Shown piece after piece: positions 38,700 to 52,285 of a stretch of 64,000 bases of DNA (position 1 is the first letter of the stretch; each line of letters opens with the position of its first letter). This DNA comes from Trichosphaerium sp. ATCC 40318 (lineage: Eukaryota > Protista > Tubulinea): contig JALMLS010000596.1 of NCBI GenBank assembly GCA_038496445.1, positions 186,001 to 250,000 on the forward strand, written 5' to 3'. Position numbers and translations under genes: made by a program. The notes under the pieces are model-generated. The model was given only the letters and a program-made list of their open reading frames with translations, ran no database searches and had not been told where the DNA came from.

Positions 38700-40395
38700 T
38701 CAGGGTACATACGGTTTTATACACCCAGATAAAGCGTGTTCACTGAGTTTTTCGCATACAGAAGCTTGGCTATTTTTAGAAAACCGTTCATGTCGCGGAT
38801 CACTACAAAGAAAAAATTATTTTACAAGAAACAATTCAGCCTTCTGTACGTTGTAAACCTTACTCCTAGTTCCAAAATACCATCATCATCGTTTAGAGCG
38901 CCACTTAATCTTCCGATAGACCGCCCAAGCTGACGTCTAGTATATGTAGGAGTGCTGTAGTTTGTTGTTGACTATTTTGTTAGTAGGCAGTCAAGTTATT
39001 TAATCACCAGACTTACCGCAGTGTTGCAATATTGTCCACCAACTACAATAAATTCGGCACAATTATGAAACAGCACTGAGACTGTTGTGGTGCCACAACA
39101 TTGAGGTATTGCATTGATTTTTGGGAACGTATTCCAAGGACTTATACTGCATTCTGGAGACTCACGCTCATTGTTCCATTCCACATGGCCTTGGTAGAAA
39201 GTTATTTTACAAAAAAGAGGCTTGGTAGATACCAGTTGTTGTGTAGATCAAAGCGTTTTCTATGGTCACGTGCGCGTTCTACAAGAAAAATGAGCTTTTT
39301 TGGTTTTTCATTTCAAGAACCGTTTACCACGTCAGATTCAAAGAACACGTTTATACCCATTACCACTAAATTATAATCAAACAGCTTAAGATATACAAGT
39401 GGTTACATACCATCTGCAATGTAGCCTGCAGTTTTTTCAACATTTCCTCCACTTGCTCGGTAGTATGCTACGGTTATAGCTACACTCTTACAGAAAATGA
39501 ATTGTTATAGTATCGTATAGTACGTACAATAGTAATCTCTTGCATTTCTGAGGGACATGTTTCAGGTGGAGGTGATAGCGGAAGAGTAGCACCTTCAGGG
39601 TAACCTCTTTTTAAGGTTTTTAAGTCTTTGTTTGTTCCTCTACGAAGAACAAGGTGTCAACAACTACTTTCTCAAATTATGTACCTGAATACCAAGTGAC
39701 TATCATTTCCTATCAAAGACTTGTGACGAGGATGCATGAATGACACATGTCTGGTTGTTTCATCAGTATCATACTAATGTGATGCGAAGGAACGTGGTAC
39801 CTATCAAGAGCATCAAAGAAGTGCCAATGACCTTGTTCGGATTGCCAGAAGCCAGAGAAAGTACCATCAGAGTATTGAGTAACTCGAAAATGTTGATGGT
39901 TCTCTCCAATCGCTTTGAACGTGTTTGAAGGTGCATCAATAAAAGTCACATTGTGTTCGTTTTGAATGGTAATCTACAACTCATTTCAGTTTTAGTCACG
40001 TGATTTGATGGTATTGTAATTGTATCTCCAAATATGATATTACCTTCGTATTCTTTGCGTAGGGAGAGTGTTTAATACAGGTGAAGCTCAACGTCTTGTT
40101 TGTATTGAAAAAAAGGTCGACGCGATGTTGTTTTGAATTTATTGCCTGATAAGCATCCACGTGCGTAAGAGATACTATTTAATGAGAAACTAGCAACGAA
40201 TCTACGCAAACGTACTTTTTGATATAGCTTCAAATTCATCCATATTGTCCCAAAACTCTTGGCTATAGCCCCACGTGAACGTGGTAAATATAAAGATACC
40301 TGATAAACCCATTTAGTATTCCATTTCATCCAATGCAAGGTAAAAGGCCCGCTAGTTGGACATTACGTACCTAAAGTTACGAGAAGCTTCCACAT
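38700..40395 (-). CDS. ADAM/reprolysin (M12B)-like pseudoprotease, copy A
   Basis: Signal peptide MWKLLVTLGIFIFTTFTWG, prodomain, then KR, LSPPPETCP, LFHNC, GRSIGRLSGALND at the HExxHxxGxxHD position, and ERFSKNSQASVC...GCIKP*. Confidence 0.75.
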
Positions 40396-40980
40396 GGTTG
40401 TTAGTAAAATAAAACAAATGTGATCTAACATTAATTTGTAAGGTAGAGTCTCGTTTTATTTAGATAACTGCGCAAACTTCGAAATGATATAGTGACAACT
40501 CAACGCAAGGACCCAGTATTTCAGAGCTTCTTCGTGTTTGAGGTGCAAAAGAGAATGATATTCTAAGTTGACTCGGATTCAGACGTTCTTACTGCGTCAA
40601 CCGAAGTAGTGCACTTAAAAAGAACATTTTTCACTCAAGCAAAGATTCTTACTACGCGGTTAAGGTCTTGCAGATTTTCTGCTCGCAACGGTGCCTTTTG
40701 CACCAAATAGGTACAGATGTGAGCAAGAACGTTCTGGCTCGCTTGTACATGCTGGGGCATACCAGGAATTCATACAAGACAATGACTCGGTTCTGCGTTC
40801 TATGAACTTACAAATTTCCCAACACTTGGTCTTTTGTAAACTAAGACTTGTCACCTTGCTACCGGGCAAATTGTACATCCCAGTGATATACGCCTCCTTT
40901 CGAAGAAATCACGTGATTGCTTAAAACAGTCACTTTAGTCATATTTAGTAGATACTACATTATAAAGCACACTCTTCTGT

Positions 40981-42405
40981 ATGTCTTTCAATAATCAATG
41001 TACGATAGTGCCCTACTGGGTTTCTTCTCATAAGTATTTAGGCACGCCTTTAAACCTAGAATCGCTTCCTTGTGATATACAGGTGTATATTAGCAGCTAT
41101 TGTAGCGAAGTGTTCGCTAAATGGTACGTTTCTTTTTTTCAAAAAAAATGTGACAGAGCGATAGGAACTTGTTGAGCAAATCTACTGCGACATCAACTCG
41201 CTACAATGAAAAGCTTAACAAAACCGGCGTTTGGTTGAAATGGCATTCAAACGGTAGATTGTCAGATAGTAGACACTTTGTTGATGGTATCGAACATGGA
41301 GCTTTACAAGTTTGGTTTGAGAATGGGCAAACAAGAGAAAAGTCTTTCAAAGAAGAAGGTTTGTTCGAAGGTGAAATAAAAACATGGTATGCCTCCGGAC
41401 AACTTGAATCACAGGGTTTCTATAAGTCTGGTAAGAAAGAAGGTACTTATAAGATTTGGCATGAAGGAGGACAACTCTACAAGGAAGCTATGTATTGTAA
41501 CAATGTACGTCATGGCTTGCTCCGTGAGTACTTTGAGAATGGGCAAATGGCTAGCTATGTGATGATTCAAAATGGAGTTGATAACGGCTTGGTTCACTAT
41601 TGGAATGAAGATGGACATATGATATTAAAGGGAACATTTGTGGACGCAAAGCCTGAAGGAAAGTTTGAAGAATGGTACACGTTACACTTTTTCCTCGTAC
41701 TTTCTTAACTTTGCTCTTTGCTTTGTATTTAGCTTAACCGTATGTAGGTATGACAATGGTAACCCCAAAGTATTGTGTTGGTTTTATTCGAACAAACGAG
41801 AAGGAAAGTTTAGCGAATGGCACGAAAATGGAGCAGTTGCGGTCCAGTGTAATTATGTTGATGAGGAATTTGATGGAGAATACAAAGCATGGTATTCCAA
41901 TGGTCAATTAGAAAAAGAGTGTACCTATGTAAAAGGAGCCCTTGACGGAGAACACAAGATGTGGTATGACAACGGTCAATTAAAGCACTGTAGAACTTAT
42001 GTCAATGGCAAACATGACGGTACTACCAGAAACTGGTATGCCAATGGTCAAATACAATTTGAGTGTCAAGTTGTTAATGATTTAAGACATGGTACTTTTA
42101 AGCGTTGGGATAAAAGCGGTGTTCTTCTTGAGGAGAGGAAGTATATTAATGGAGTCCAAAATGGTCTGTATCAATGTTGGTCATCAAGTGGTAGCTTAAT
42201 CCTCAAGTGCACTTATTTGGACGGACGGCAACATGGTAATTGCTTTCAGAGAACTAGCAATGGTTCTATTGAAAGTCATTATAAGCACGGTCAACTACAT
42301 GGTGACTATAAAGAAGTGAATGCAAAAGGTGATATTTTAAATGAGAGCAGTTACGAAAATGGTCAAGTAAAATCAAAGCCACTTAATTTTGGAACATGGA
42401 TCTAA
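40981..42405 (+). CDS. F-box-like + MORN2 repeat protein with about 3 introns
   Basis: LESLPCDIQVYISSYCSEVFAKWNLLSK...RYNEKLNKTG is homologous to the N-terminus of 27460-28476. Many WxxNGQL repeats follow. Confidence 0.88.
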
Positions 42406-42888
42406 TGTAGCTGAGTCTTAAAATTGAATAAATTCATTATAAAATTTCCGTTGTGGTTTTTTTCATAGTGCATCATTTCACATAATCCTAGACGGTCAAC
42501 AATACTATTTCTTACCACAACAGATGCCTAGAGTTGTTCTTGTTGGTAGAGAATTTTTCTCTAAGCAGTTGATGAAAAAGTAAAAAATGTGTCAGTAACA
42601 CAGCAGTCAGCTACTCGCCTGAAACTCCCGTATATGATAGGTTAAGGTTTGTATTTCAACGAGAAGTTCGAAACAGATATGCACAATAAGTACATTATAT
42701 GCAATTATCACAGAAAATATGTGCCGTGATCTTTTCAGTAAAAAAGGAACTTTTAATTCCTTATTTAAGAGCATCAACACCTTTTTCCGTCGAATGAATA
42801 GGCCAAATCTACTTAAACAGTGATGTACTACTTATCCCTGATGTGAGATCGCAAACAACGCCGTTTAAAAAACAATTTTGTTCACTAT

Positions 42889-42987
42889 CTTATGCAACAT
42901 CCCAAACAGCCAAAAATGATGTATTGTATTCAACATGCGCGTGTAGTATGTATGTATCATTTTTGGCTGTTTGGGATGTTGCATAAG
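42889..42987 (+). ncRNA. Candidate hairpin RNA (pre-miRNA-like), or tiny palindromic element
   Basis: Perfect 32-bp inverted repeat (42889-42920 / 42956-42987). The 35-nt spacer also folds using G-U pairs on the + strand. Intergenic. Confidence 0.45.
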
Positions 42988-43498
42988 TTAGAAAGAGGAA
43001 AAACACTGTAAACATTTTTAGAAAAAGTGCCCTACAACAAATGCAAAGCGTTTAGCTCGGTTTTATATCGCTAATCAAGATCAATAAGCGGAACTTGACG
43101 TTTTTAGCGGAGCCACAACTAACGTTTTAGTGTGCGCACTCAGGTTCGATGCAATAGTACTCTTTATACACTTTCAAGGTATAAATGATGAACAATAAAA
43201 ACCTAGTGAGAAGATTTTCACATCTTACAATAACGTCATACCACAAAAACAGTAAAACGTATTTATTTTTTTACACGGCTACAGGTTTATATTAAGCTCT
43301 CATACTTACTGTGTAGATTCAAAGCATATAGCGCTTACACCATAGCACATTCAACTGCTTAGCGAAAAATTCTCTAAAAGCTATGAATAATATTACAGTG
43401 TTTGGCTACAAAGTCAAGTTTAAGTCAATCACACTTTCTAACGTATTATTAACCACATACAACACAAAATCACTCACCACTCTTTGTAAAACCGTTAT

Positions 43499-44637
43499 AT
43501 GGCTGCACCAATACTACCTGGAGAGATAGTGTACCATATACTCGCGTTTGTAGATGATTTATACACAAAGTATGCTGTAGCGCTTGTATGCTCGTATTGG
43601 CGCACTGCCATAATATCTACAACAACGACAGTTGATGTTTCGTATCTTTGCCTAGATGGAGAAAAACACGAACGAATGGGAACTTTTCCAAGATACTCAA
43701 AATTGAGGTCTGTTTTTCATATTTTTAAAAATGTGGACACTGTTAAGGTACCCTTTTGGCTGTCAAAATACCTGCTTAAGTGTGTTAGCTTTGTGATATC
43801 ATTGTTGGCTTCAGAACATTCTGGAAACTGGGTAAGAAATTAGACAAGTTGTTGTGCAATTTTGTCTTTGATTTTTTTGTTTTGCATACTTGTTAACTAT
43901 TCTTTTTTGTTTCAGGATGTGCTGTGCTTTCAGGTAAATTAGATCTTGGAGAACGGATAGGGTTTGGTGCTTATCATGAGTACATGAGCCTTGCTGATCT
44001 TAAAACACAAGAATTCAATGATAGCCCAGAAGTACAAGGTATGCATGAGTGCTACTTTTTCAACCTTCTGTAAGCTTTTTATAATATTATTGATAGAGAT
44101 TCGAGCCACTGGATGTACGCCCATCACCAGTATAGTCATATCAGACTGTAATATAAAGTACTGGTATTGTATGTAGCACTTAGCAATGGTTTGGGGCAAA
44201 GTAAGTCTAACATTGTAATTATAGCCTCATGGCCATCTGTGATGTTTGCCGGAGTTACATTATTTAGAGCTTTGGCAACTAAGGATGCTGTATTTTCAGT
44301 AGATGTTTCAGGTTCTACTGGAGAAGGCTTGAAATATCTGTACAAGGAAGGATATAGTACGTTAATACAAATAATTGTATGCCTTGTTTAAGGTTTCTCC
44401 CTTTGTTTTTATTTCTTACCCTTTTGTGGCTTATATCGTTCACTAGAAGTATCACACCTTCCACTTTGCAATCTAGAAAAATGGACGTTGAACATGTCTG
44501 ATACAAACATACCAGAAGATGAAAAAAAAGGTGCGTAGAACTTTGCTTGGTTTTAACATGTTTTGACATGATTTTGTTCAGAAATACAAAGCATTATTCA
44601 TAGTTTACAGAAACAGGCATCACAATATCGGATTTAG
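43499..44637 (+). CDS. F-box protein with uncharacterised C-terminus
   Basis: ILPGEIVYHILAFV..YAVALVCSYWR is an F-box. Downstream exons were assembled tentatively. Confidence 0.65.
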
Positions 44638-44885
44638 TAATAATGTACAAGTTTGTAGTTTCAATATCACGTGAATGAAGTGCCCTGACAGCCAAAGTTA
44701 AGAGGCTTTTCGAATTGACATTGATATCCACAATCAACTGAACTCCCAGCTTCCAGCACTACAAAGTTTAATGGCTTGCTAACCATTCAGTACTTGCCGG
44801 AGTCGATGCTGTGTTTCCTTTATTTCAGCTGTTAGACGTACAGTGTTATTGATAATCTAATAATCTTTTATAAACTGGCTAAAAT

Positions 44886-46962
44886 TTAGTTGTCTGATTC
44901 TACACTTTCTTCCATTGTTGTAGCTAGTGGCTCAGGTTGTTCCGATTGACCAGTTGCCAATACTGTTTTACTTTCATTTGTATATCTATCATTTGTTTTC
45001 AAGTGCATATCTACGATTGTACGCCTACATAATTATTATTAATTAAATGCATTAAGTGCTGTGTACTTACTTAGATGTTGAATTACAGCTAGGACCCCTT
45101 ATGTCTTTGGATTTTATTTGTGGTGGACGTAGAGAAACAAGTTGTACAGTTATAAGTGAGCTCATCATTAGCCAAAAAAACCAAAACCATGTTACATAAC
45201 CAGTAAGATGTCTAGTTGCTCCCAACCTTTGTAAACGTTAGCCTGATACGTACCACAATAAATATGTTGTTGAGTACTCACAAGAACGAAATATAGAGGA
45301 TATAGACTGAGCATATGTTGACAACAACTGCCACAAGTTGTACTTTTATCTACACAAAGTAACCCTGTCAGCACATGATGAAGATGTAAAAGTTGACCAT
45401 ACCCGAAACAACTCAAGTGTTGATTGTTTGCTTTGAGCTTGTAACTTCTTTACTCTTCGTTGTAATCGATACAACGTAACACAACAGTATACAAGCACCA
45501 ATGTGTACCCCAAAAAGTATAGCGTAGGCGATATAAATTGGACAAATGTTGGGACCTATAAAGAAGTAAATCTTGATAGATTTTGCAGCTGTTGGTGACC
45601 TGAACGAAAACGTTTGTTATTGAAATTATTAGCTCTTGAACAATAAGAAAGGTGACCCAAGCATAGAATATCCATCTTGGTACGTGCGTTAGAGGCATTA
45701 AATGTAATAAATTGTATACCTAAAACGTGGTAGTCCAGGATGCACTTGAAACTTGAGTGACTTTAAAAGAGTATGCCTACAGAATTCACAAAGTTGTCAA
45801 CAAAAAAGAGTCCTGAATAGTATTTACACGTGCCACCACAAAGACATTAGAAATAGAGGTGCTATAATTATAGGCAATGGTAATGTTTCCATGACACCTG
45901 AAGTAATATGAAATCGTAGCTTGGCAAATTATTACTACCTACAAGCCAATAAGGACTTATTCTTCGACATCCCAACGGATCAATAGAGATATACAGCATA
46001 ATGCCTTTGTTAATTTAGTTTTTAACAACTTGAAGCGGCCACCATACCCATTGAAGCAGCAAGGCAGAGTAGTAAACAGCACAGGCCAACAGTTCTCTTA
46101 CAGCCGTCATAGAACCTGACAAGTACAACAATTCTTTTCACATGACAAAAGAGTGAACAATAAAGCAACACTATTTAGGCCTACCTAAATACTGCAAATC
46201 CGGCGTTGAACAAAGAAAATGCGATCAAAGAAAGCTGCCACACCCACATCCATCCAGATGAGAATAAATCTATAAACTCGTTGCGCTCTGATAAACAACG
46301 TTAACAGCAACCAAAAGAAGTAATCCATTTTCTGCAACAATACCTGTAGTAAGTGTTATGAATACAGTTTTGTTTAGTGACAGTATGCTCTCAATGTCCT
46401 TTATAATAACTGTTACTATAGGTACGTTGATATCGCTGGTATCACTTCCGTCAATTTCAAACATTTCCTAAATTGTGTGACCATTCATTCCATGTTTCAT
46501 TTCGTATTACGTTTCCTGACTTGCGATCACGTGGAGGTCCTAATACCCCACATATAATCGCGATAGCACCTTGATTTTGTATTCTACGATACTCCGGTTC
46601 ATATGGACGAGTACAACCGCTCAATAGAACTATTTTACCTACACAAAACGTAAATGAACATCATTAAAGTGGTGGAACTGAGTGGCTATTTGGAATTACT
46701 TTTTTTCTGGTTTAGCATATTGTTGGATACCTGTTTTGTTTGATTCTGACGCTTCTACAAGCTGTCCGAATATGGGTTCGAAATTTATAGTATTACCATC
46801 GTATTTCTGAGGCCATACGCGTATAGATGTGTTTGTAGATGTGTAAGGTGTTAAAACAGTTATTGATCCAAACACGTGTAAAATGAACTGCAAAATTGCT
46901 AAAATGAATTAGAAGGACTGATTTATAAGCATAGTACCTAGTGAACATATGCACCGGTTCAT
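44886..46962 (-). CDS. PA-domain multi-pass (GPCR-like) membrane protein
   Basis: Signal MNRCICSLAILQFILHVFG, PA-like GKIVLLSGC...IQNQGAIAII...VPIVTV, then several hydrophobic TM exons and a polar C-tail. Confidence 0.65.
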
Positions 46963-47153
46963 AATTCGGGGATTGAAATGGATACAAGTCTAAGCGTCGG
47001 AGTTTCATTTGTCCCGAGCAACTTAAGATCTTTCTTGAAGGTATTGCAGTAAGAGACGTAAAAACCCAAGTATCTTCACTCCCATCTGACACTCTCTCCT
47101 GTTTTAGAAGACAAGTAATAAAAACAAGGACTTTTTAACATAATTGTTTAGTG

Positions 47154-48833
47154 ATGAGAAAGTGTGTCGCTTTAGGTATCACGTGTCTTTGATGCTCGCA
47201 CTAATACAATTTTTAGTATTATGCCTGGTAGTTTCTGCTGTTGGCTACAGCAAACAGTTTTGGGATAAAACAAACGAGTTTACAGTTATATCCAATAGTA
47301 CGTCGCTGTTTACAAGCGGGTTTTGGAATACTAATGGCCATGACTACAAATAAAAATCCTGTAGTATCGCTTACGCACGTGGATGAGCCCCATACTGGTT
47401 TACATAAAATTAAAATATCATTTGAAAATAATGATCACATTCAATTTACGTGTGTCAGTCACTCACCATACGCTAAAAATACAAAGGTACGGACATTGTA
47501 CAGCATATAAAGTTATAATAAAAGTAGATTGCAGTGCGAAATGGCTCTAACACGACATTTATTGACGCACCTTCAAACACGTTCAAAGCGATTGGAGAGA
47601 ACCATCAACATTTTACAGTTACTCAATACTCTGATGGTACATTCTCTGGCTTCTGGCAATCCGAACAAGGTCATTGGCACTTCTTTGATGCTCTTGATAG
47701 GTACCACGTTCCACATCACCTTAGTATGTTACTGATGTAAAACTAGACATGTGTCGTTCATGCATCCTCGTCACAAATCTTTGATTGGAAATGGTTCTCA
47801 CTTACTATTCAGGTAATTATCATACCACTATCCTGTTTACCTTACGTCTGTTCAGGGAGCCTGGGGTCAATAAAATACCCAAGAGAGATTACCCACGAGG
47901 TGACGATCTTCCTCTGTCGCCGCCACCGCCTACATGTCCTCAAATATTGTATGAGGTTACAATTGTACGCTTATTTATTTACCTTGGCGATTTTTTGTAA
48001 CCACTGGTAGAGTATAGCAGTATCAGTATCTTACTATGACATATTTAAGAACATCGAGGAAGTAGCTAACTATTTAGCAACTGGTATGTAGCTTTTCTAT
48101 TTCTCATTTATTTCTTACATCTTGTTAAAGGAGTCATGTCAGCCAACGTGTTTCTTGAATCTGATTTGGTACTTTTTTTTCAAAAAGTTTGTTGTTGTCT
48201 TCTTATTGTTAATGCCTTTCCAGAATATACATGCTACTATTGAAAATGCTGTCATATACACAACAAAAGGTGGGGATAAAATCACATCATATTGATTAGC
48301 TAATTGCTATAACAACAGGAGGAGAAAGTTGGAACGATTTCCGAGGTTCTCAAGCTTGCGTTGTAAACCCTGTTCATATCTTCGCTGACAACTGGCAAAA
48401 TGTCATCCCACAATGCTGTGGTAAATCAACAATGGGTCTAATGTTCCATAATTGTGAAGAGTTTTTTGGTGGGCATGCTGGCATAGTTTGCAGTGAGGTG
48501 AGTACCAAATCTTTTCCAGATAACCAGTTTTTAACCCAAGTCATTAGTTTCCAAATACAGGATCACATCAACGCTATGGCAATATTTACACGACAAGACG
48601 TGCTATAGCAAACAGTGTTGGATCTGCGCTAGGTGGTTTACAAGGCGGCGATGGCGTGATGGGACTTATTTTTCCTGACTCGCACGTTTTTTTTTTCTCA
48701 AAAATAACACGTTAAATTTCTTTCTAGGGATGAAAGACACGACAGATTTTCTAAAGCTAGTCAAACTGCAATATGTCCTATTATATCGGAAATAATTTCC
48801 AAGCAATGCTTGAAGCCGTTTGTTGTAGCATGA
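47154..48833 (+). CDS. ADAM/reprolysin-like pseudoprotease, copy B
   Basis: Signal peptide and shared prodomain exon, then PKR, LSPPPPTCP, MFHNC, ANSVGSALGGLQG-GDGVM and DRFSKASQTAIC...QCLKP. Confidence 0.75.
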
Positions 48834-49009
48834 TAAAGCTCTCAGAGTGAAGCATATGTAGCTTTCATTTTCAATCAAATAAACTTGTGTATATGCTACG
48901 GTGTTTCATGGTTTCATGGTAGTGGTGGTGATTGAAATCAATGGACTTTCAAAGAAAGGGCAGCTAGTTTTATTGTTGTCAATTTATCTTGTAACAAAAC
49001 GCACCACAC

Positions 49010-50274
49010 ATGAAGATATCGTTCTTTGTATTGCTTGTAAGGTATGTGATGGTTTTTCGTTGTGCCACAGAGTGGTTGGTTTAAAACTAACAACATAAAG
49101 CGTATTGGCTGCTTATTGCGTTGATTTGTCCATGTACATATGCGCGCCAGATAGTACGCGCTTTTAACTGTCTTTTTGCGTTTTTCCGTTTTTTTCAGCT
49201 AGCGCACATGATTTATTTGTAGTTTTCTTATTTCTTGTCAAATAGTGGCCAACTGTGGTATCTCGGTCAGTAGTTGTACATTAGACAATAAGACACCAGA
49301 TGGAGACTGTTTTGCATTAGACCCTTGTATAGGTTTATCAGGCGCTACACACGGATCATTCGTAGCTAGTGGCGGCGGGTACGCTTTGTTTTGCGCTTTT
49401 GTTTTGTTCCCATTTGTTACCCTTTTTTTAGATATCAACTGCGAGGTTTCTCTGACGCTAACTGCAACACACAAGTTGGAAATGTAGATGATATAAGCTT
49501 AACAAACGCTGGTTGTACCACAAGAGTCCCAGCTTGGACCTGTTCGTTTATCATTCGAGAGGGAACACCAGCAATCACAGGAAACGCTTGGAATGGTTGG
49601 CAGTACACAGGTTTGCAGCTTACCGTGGATGATAGTGCTAAAGGATTCCTTTTCTAGATGATTGTTCATTGGCGGCATCAAAAAGTGATGCTCCAGTACC
49701 TTTTGGAGACTGTTCTTTGGTTCCGTTTTGTGACAGTAATAGCAATTGGATAAAAGTCACAGCAAAAGCAGGCGCAAGTGATATGGTTGAAATTAACCAG
49801 TTTCGATCTCAATCAGACTGTATGAACAACATGAACAGTGTACCTAGTCTTGAACGTGTCATATTTGATCTTGAAGCTCGTCCTCAGGGTTCATGCACGC
49901 GATTCAGTTGTAATTCTACCTGTATGCAAACAGTCTTATTTTTATTTCAATATACTAATCGCTAATATTTGTTTGCAGCTCTAACTCCATTCCTTTCATT
50001 CAATTATGCATCTCTGGGAAACGTACCTTCCATGGTTGGACAACCATCAACAGGGATGACACCATCTACAAGCAATACGCCAACTACATCAGGTACAGGA
50101 AACACACCAACAACTGTAATGACGCCATCAGCTTCTACAACCAATACACCAACTACTATGACAACACCGACAACTACACTAGCACCAACAACTACACTAT
50201 CACCAGCATCCTTTTCTCAACAAATACTACCACATGTATTTGTTGTACTTGTCTTATTTACACTGCTCTTGTAA
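49010..50274 (+). CDS. Cell-surface protein with Cys-rich N-domain, Thr/Pro stalk and GPI-type tail, paralog G1
   Basis: Signal MKISFFVLLVSFLISCQIVA, CGISVSSCTLDNKTPDGDCFALDPC, WTCSFIIREGTP, a TTP-rich stalk and a hydrophobic C-terminus after a Ser-rich site. Confidence 0.8.
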
Positions 50275-50613
50275 CTTAAAAAAATCGTTTTGACTTTCAA
50301 TCACGTCTTGAGATTTGCGCAAAAGAGAAACGTACTATAAAGATCAGGATTGCAGTCAACAACATGACAGATCCACGAATAACAATTTTTGTTACCACTA
50401 CTGCACATCCTATTTCGGTTTTATTTCTAAACTTCCAAAAAACTTGATCTAATGTTGGCCATTTTAAAGGCCGCTAAAACATTTCCTAAAATAAACCAAA
50501 TTTCTAGCGCTAGTTCACACTAACTGATATCAGAAATTGACGCTAGTTTTTGGGTTTTTTCGTACCTTATTAACACAAAGCAACGCTTCCCCTTTTCTAG
50601 CGCTTAACCACAC

Positions 50614-52121
50614 ATGAAGATATCTATTATAGTATTGCTTGTAAGGTATGTGATGGCTTTTCGTTGCGTTAACACGTATAACGTAACCCCAAAAGGGGTT
50701 CTTAAATGAGTTGTTTGAAACTAAAGTATCGTCAAGCGTATTGGCTGCTTATTGCGTTGACTTGTCCATGTACATATGCGCACCTGATGGTACGCGCTTT
50801 TAACTGTTTTTTGCGTTTTTCCGTTTTTTTCAGCTAGCGCACGTGATTTATTTGCAGTTTTCTTATTTCTTGTTAAACAGAGGCCAACTGTGGTATCTCG
50901 GTCAGTAGTTGTACATTAGACAATAAGACACCAGATGGTGGCTGTTTTGCATTAGACCCTTGTATAGGTTTATCAGGCGCCACACACGGGTCATTCGTAG
51001 CTAGTGGCGGCGGGTACGCTTTGTTTTACGCTACTTTTGTTTTATTCCCATTTGTTACCCTTTTTTTAGATATCAACTACGAGGTTTCTCTGACGCTAAC
51101 TGCAACAATGATGCTAGCAGTGTTAATGGCGCAAGCTTAACAAACGCTGGTTGTACCACAAGAATCCCTTCTTGGACTTGCTCGTTTATCATTCGCGAGG
51201 GAACACCAGCAATCACTGGAAATGCTTGGAACGGTTGGCAATACGCAGGTATGCCTTGGACAGATGTAAAAGTAGTAACTTTTGTCCGTAGGTGATTGCT
51301 CAACAATGACAACAATGACTCGTGGCCCTGTTGCTTTTGGAGAGTGTGGTTTAAGTCCATACTGTAGTAGCGATTGGATCAAAGTCACAGAAAAAGCGGG
51401 TGTTAGTGATAGAGTTGACATTGAACACTTTGAATCTCAATCAGACTGTATGAGTGACATGAACAGAAGAGGTTCTGGCGAAGCTACCATATTTGATCTC
51501 GAAGCACGTCCACAAGGTTCATGCTCTTCATTCCCATGTTCTTCTGGTAATTAAACTTGTTAAATTATTGTTTAACATTTGTGTACAGGTCAATCTCCTT
51601 TGGTTGCGTTCAGTTATGCGTCTATCGGAGTGCCTGCCATGGTTCCTTCAACAGGAATGACTCCAACATCTGGAAATATGCCAACTACAATGCCGCCAAC
51701 TCAGTCGGTTACAGGAAATACACCAACAACAGGAATGACACCATCAGCTTCTACAAGCAATACGCCAACTACATCAGGTAGTACACCATCAGCGTCCACA
51801 GGAAACACACCATCAACAGGAATGACGCCATCAGCTTCTACAAGCAATACGCCAACTACTATGACAATACCGACAACTACAATGACGCCAACTACATCGG
51901 GTAGTACACCATCAGCGTCCACAGGAAACACGCCATCAACAGGAATGATGCCATCAGGGTCAAGTGCTAATACGCCAACTACAATGACAACGCCAACAGC
52001 AATGAATACACCGACAACTACACTAGCACCAACAACTACACTATCACCAGCATCTTTTTCTCAACAAATACTACCACATGTATTTGTTACGGTTGTCTTG
52101 TTATTTACACTACTCCTGTAA
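50614..52121 (+). CDS. Cell-surface GPI-type mucin-stalk protein, paralog G2
   Basis: Tandem duplicate of G1 with a longer stalk of GMTPSAST/GNTPST repeats and a near-identical tail SPASFSQQILPHVFV. Confidence 0.8.
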
Positions 52122-52285
52122 ACCAAATAAAGAATAACTTGTGCTACTTTTTACTGTTTTGCGTGAAGTTGCTTAAGAACGAATTCGTTGGTTGATAAAA
52201 AAAAGATTGATTCTCAATAATCACGTGACAATCGTCATTTCTTTCTTCTGCACAAGTCAATTTAAAATTGTTTAGTGACATTACA

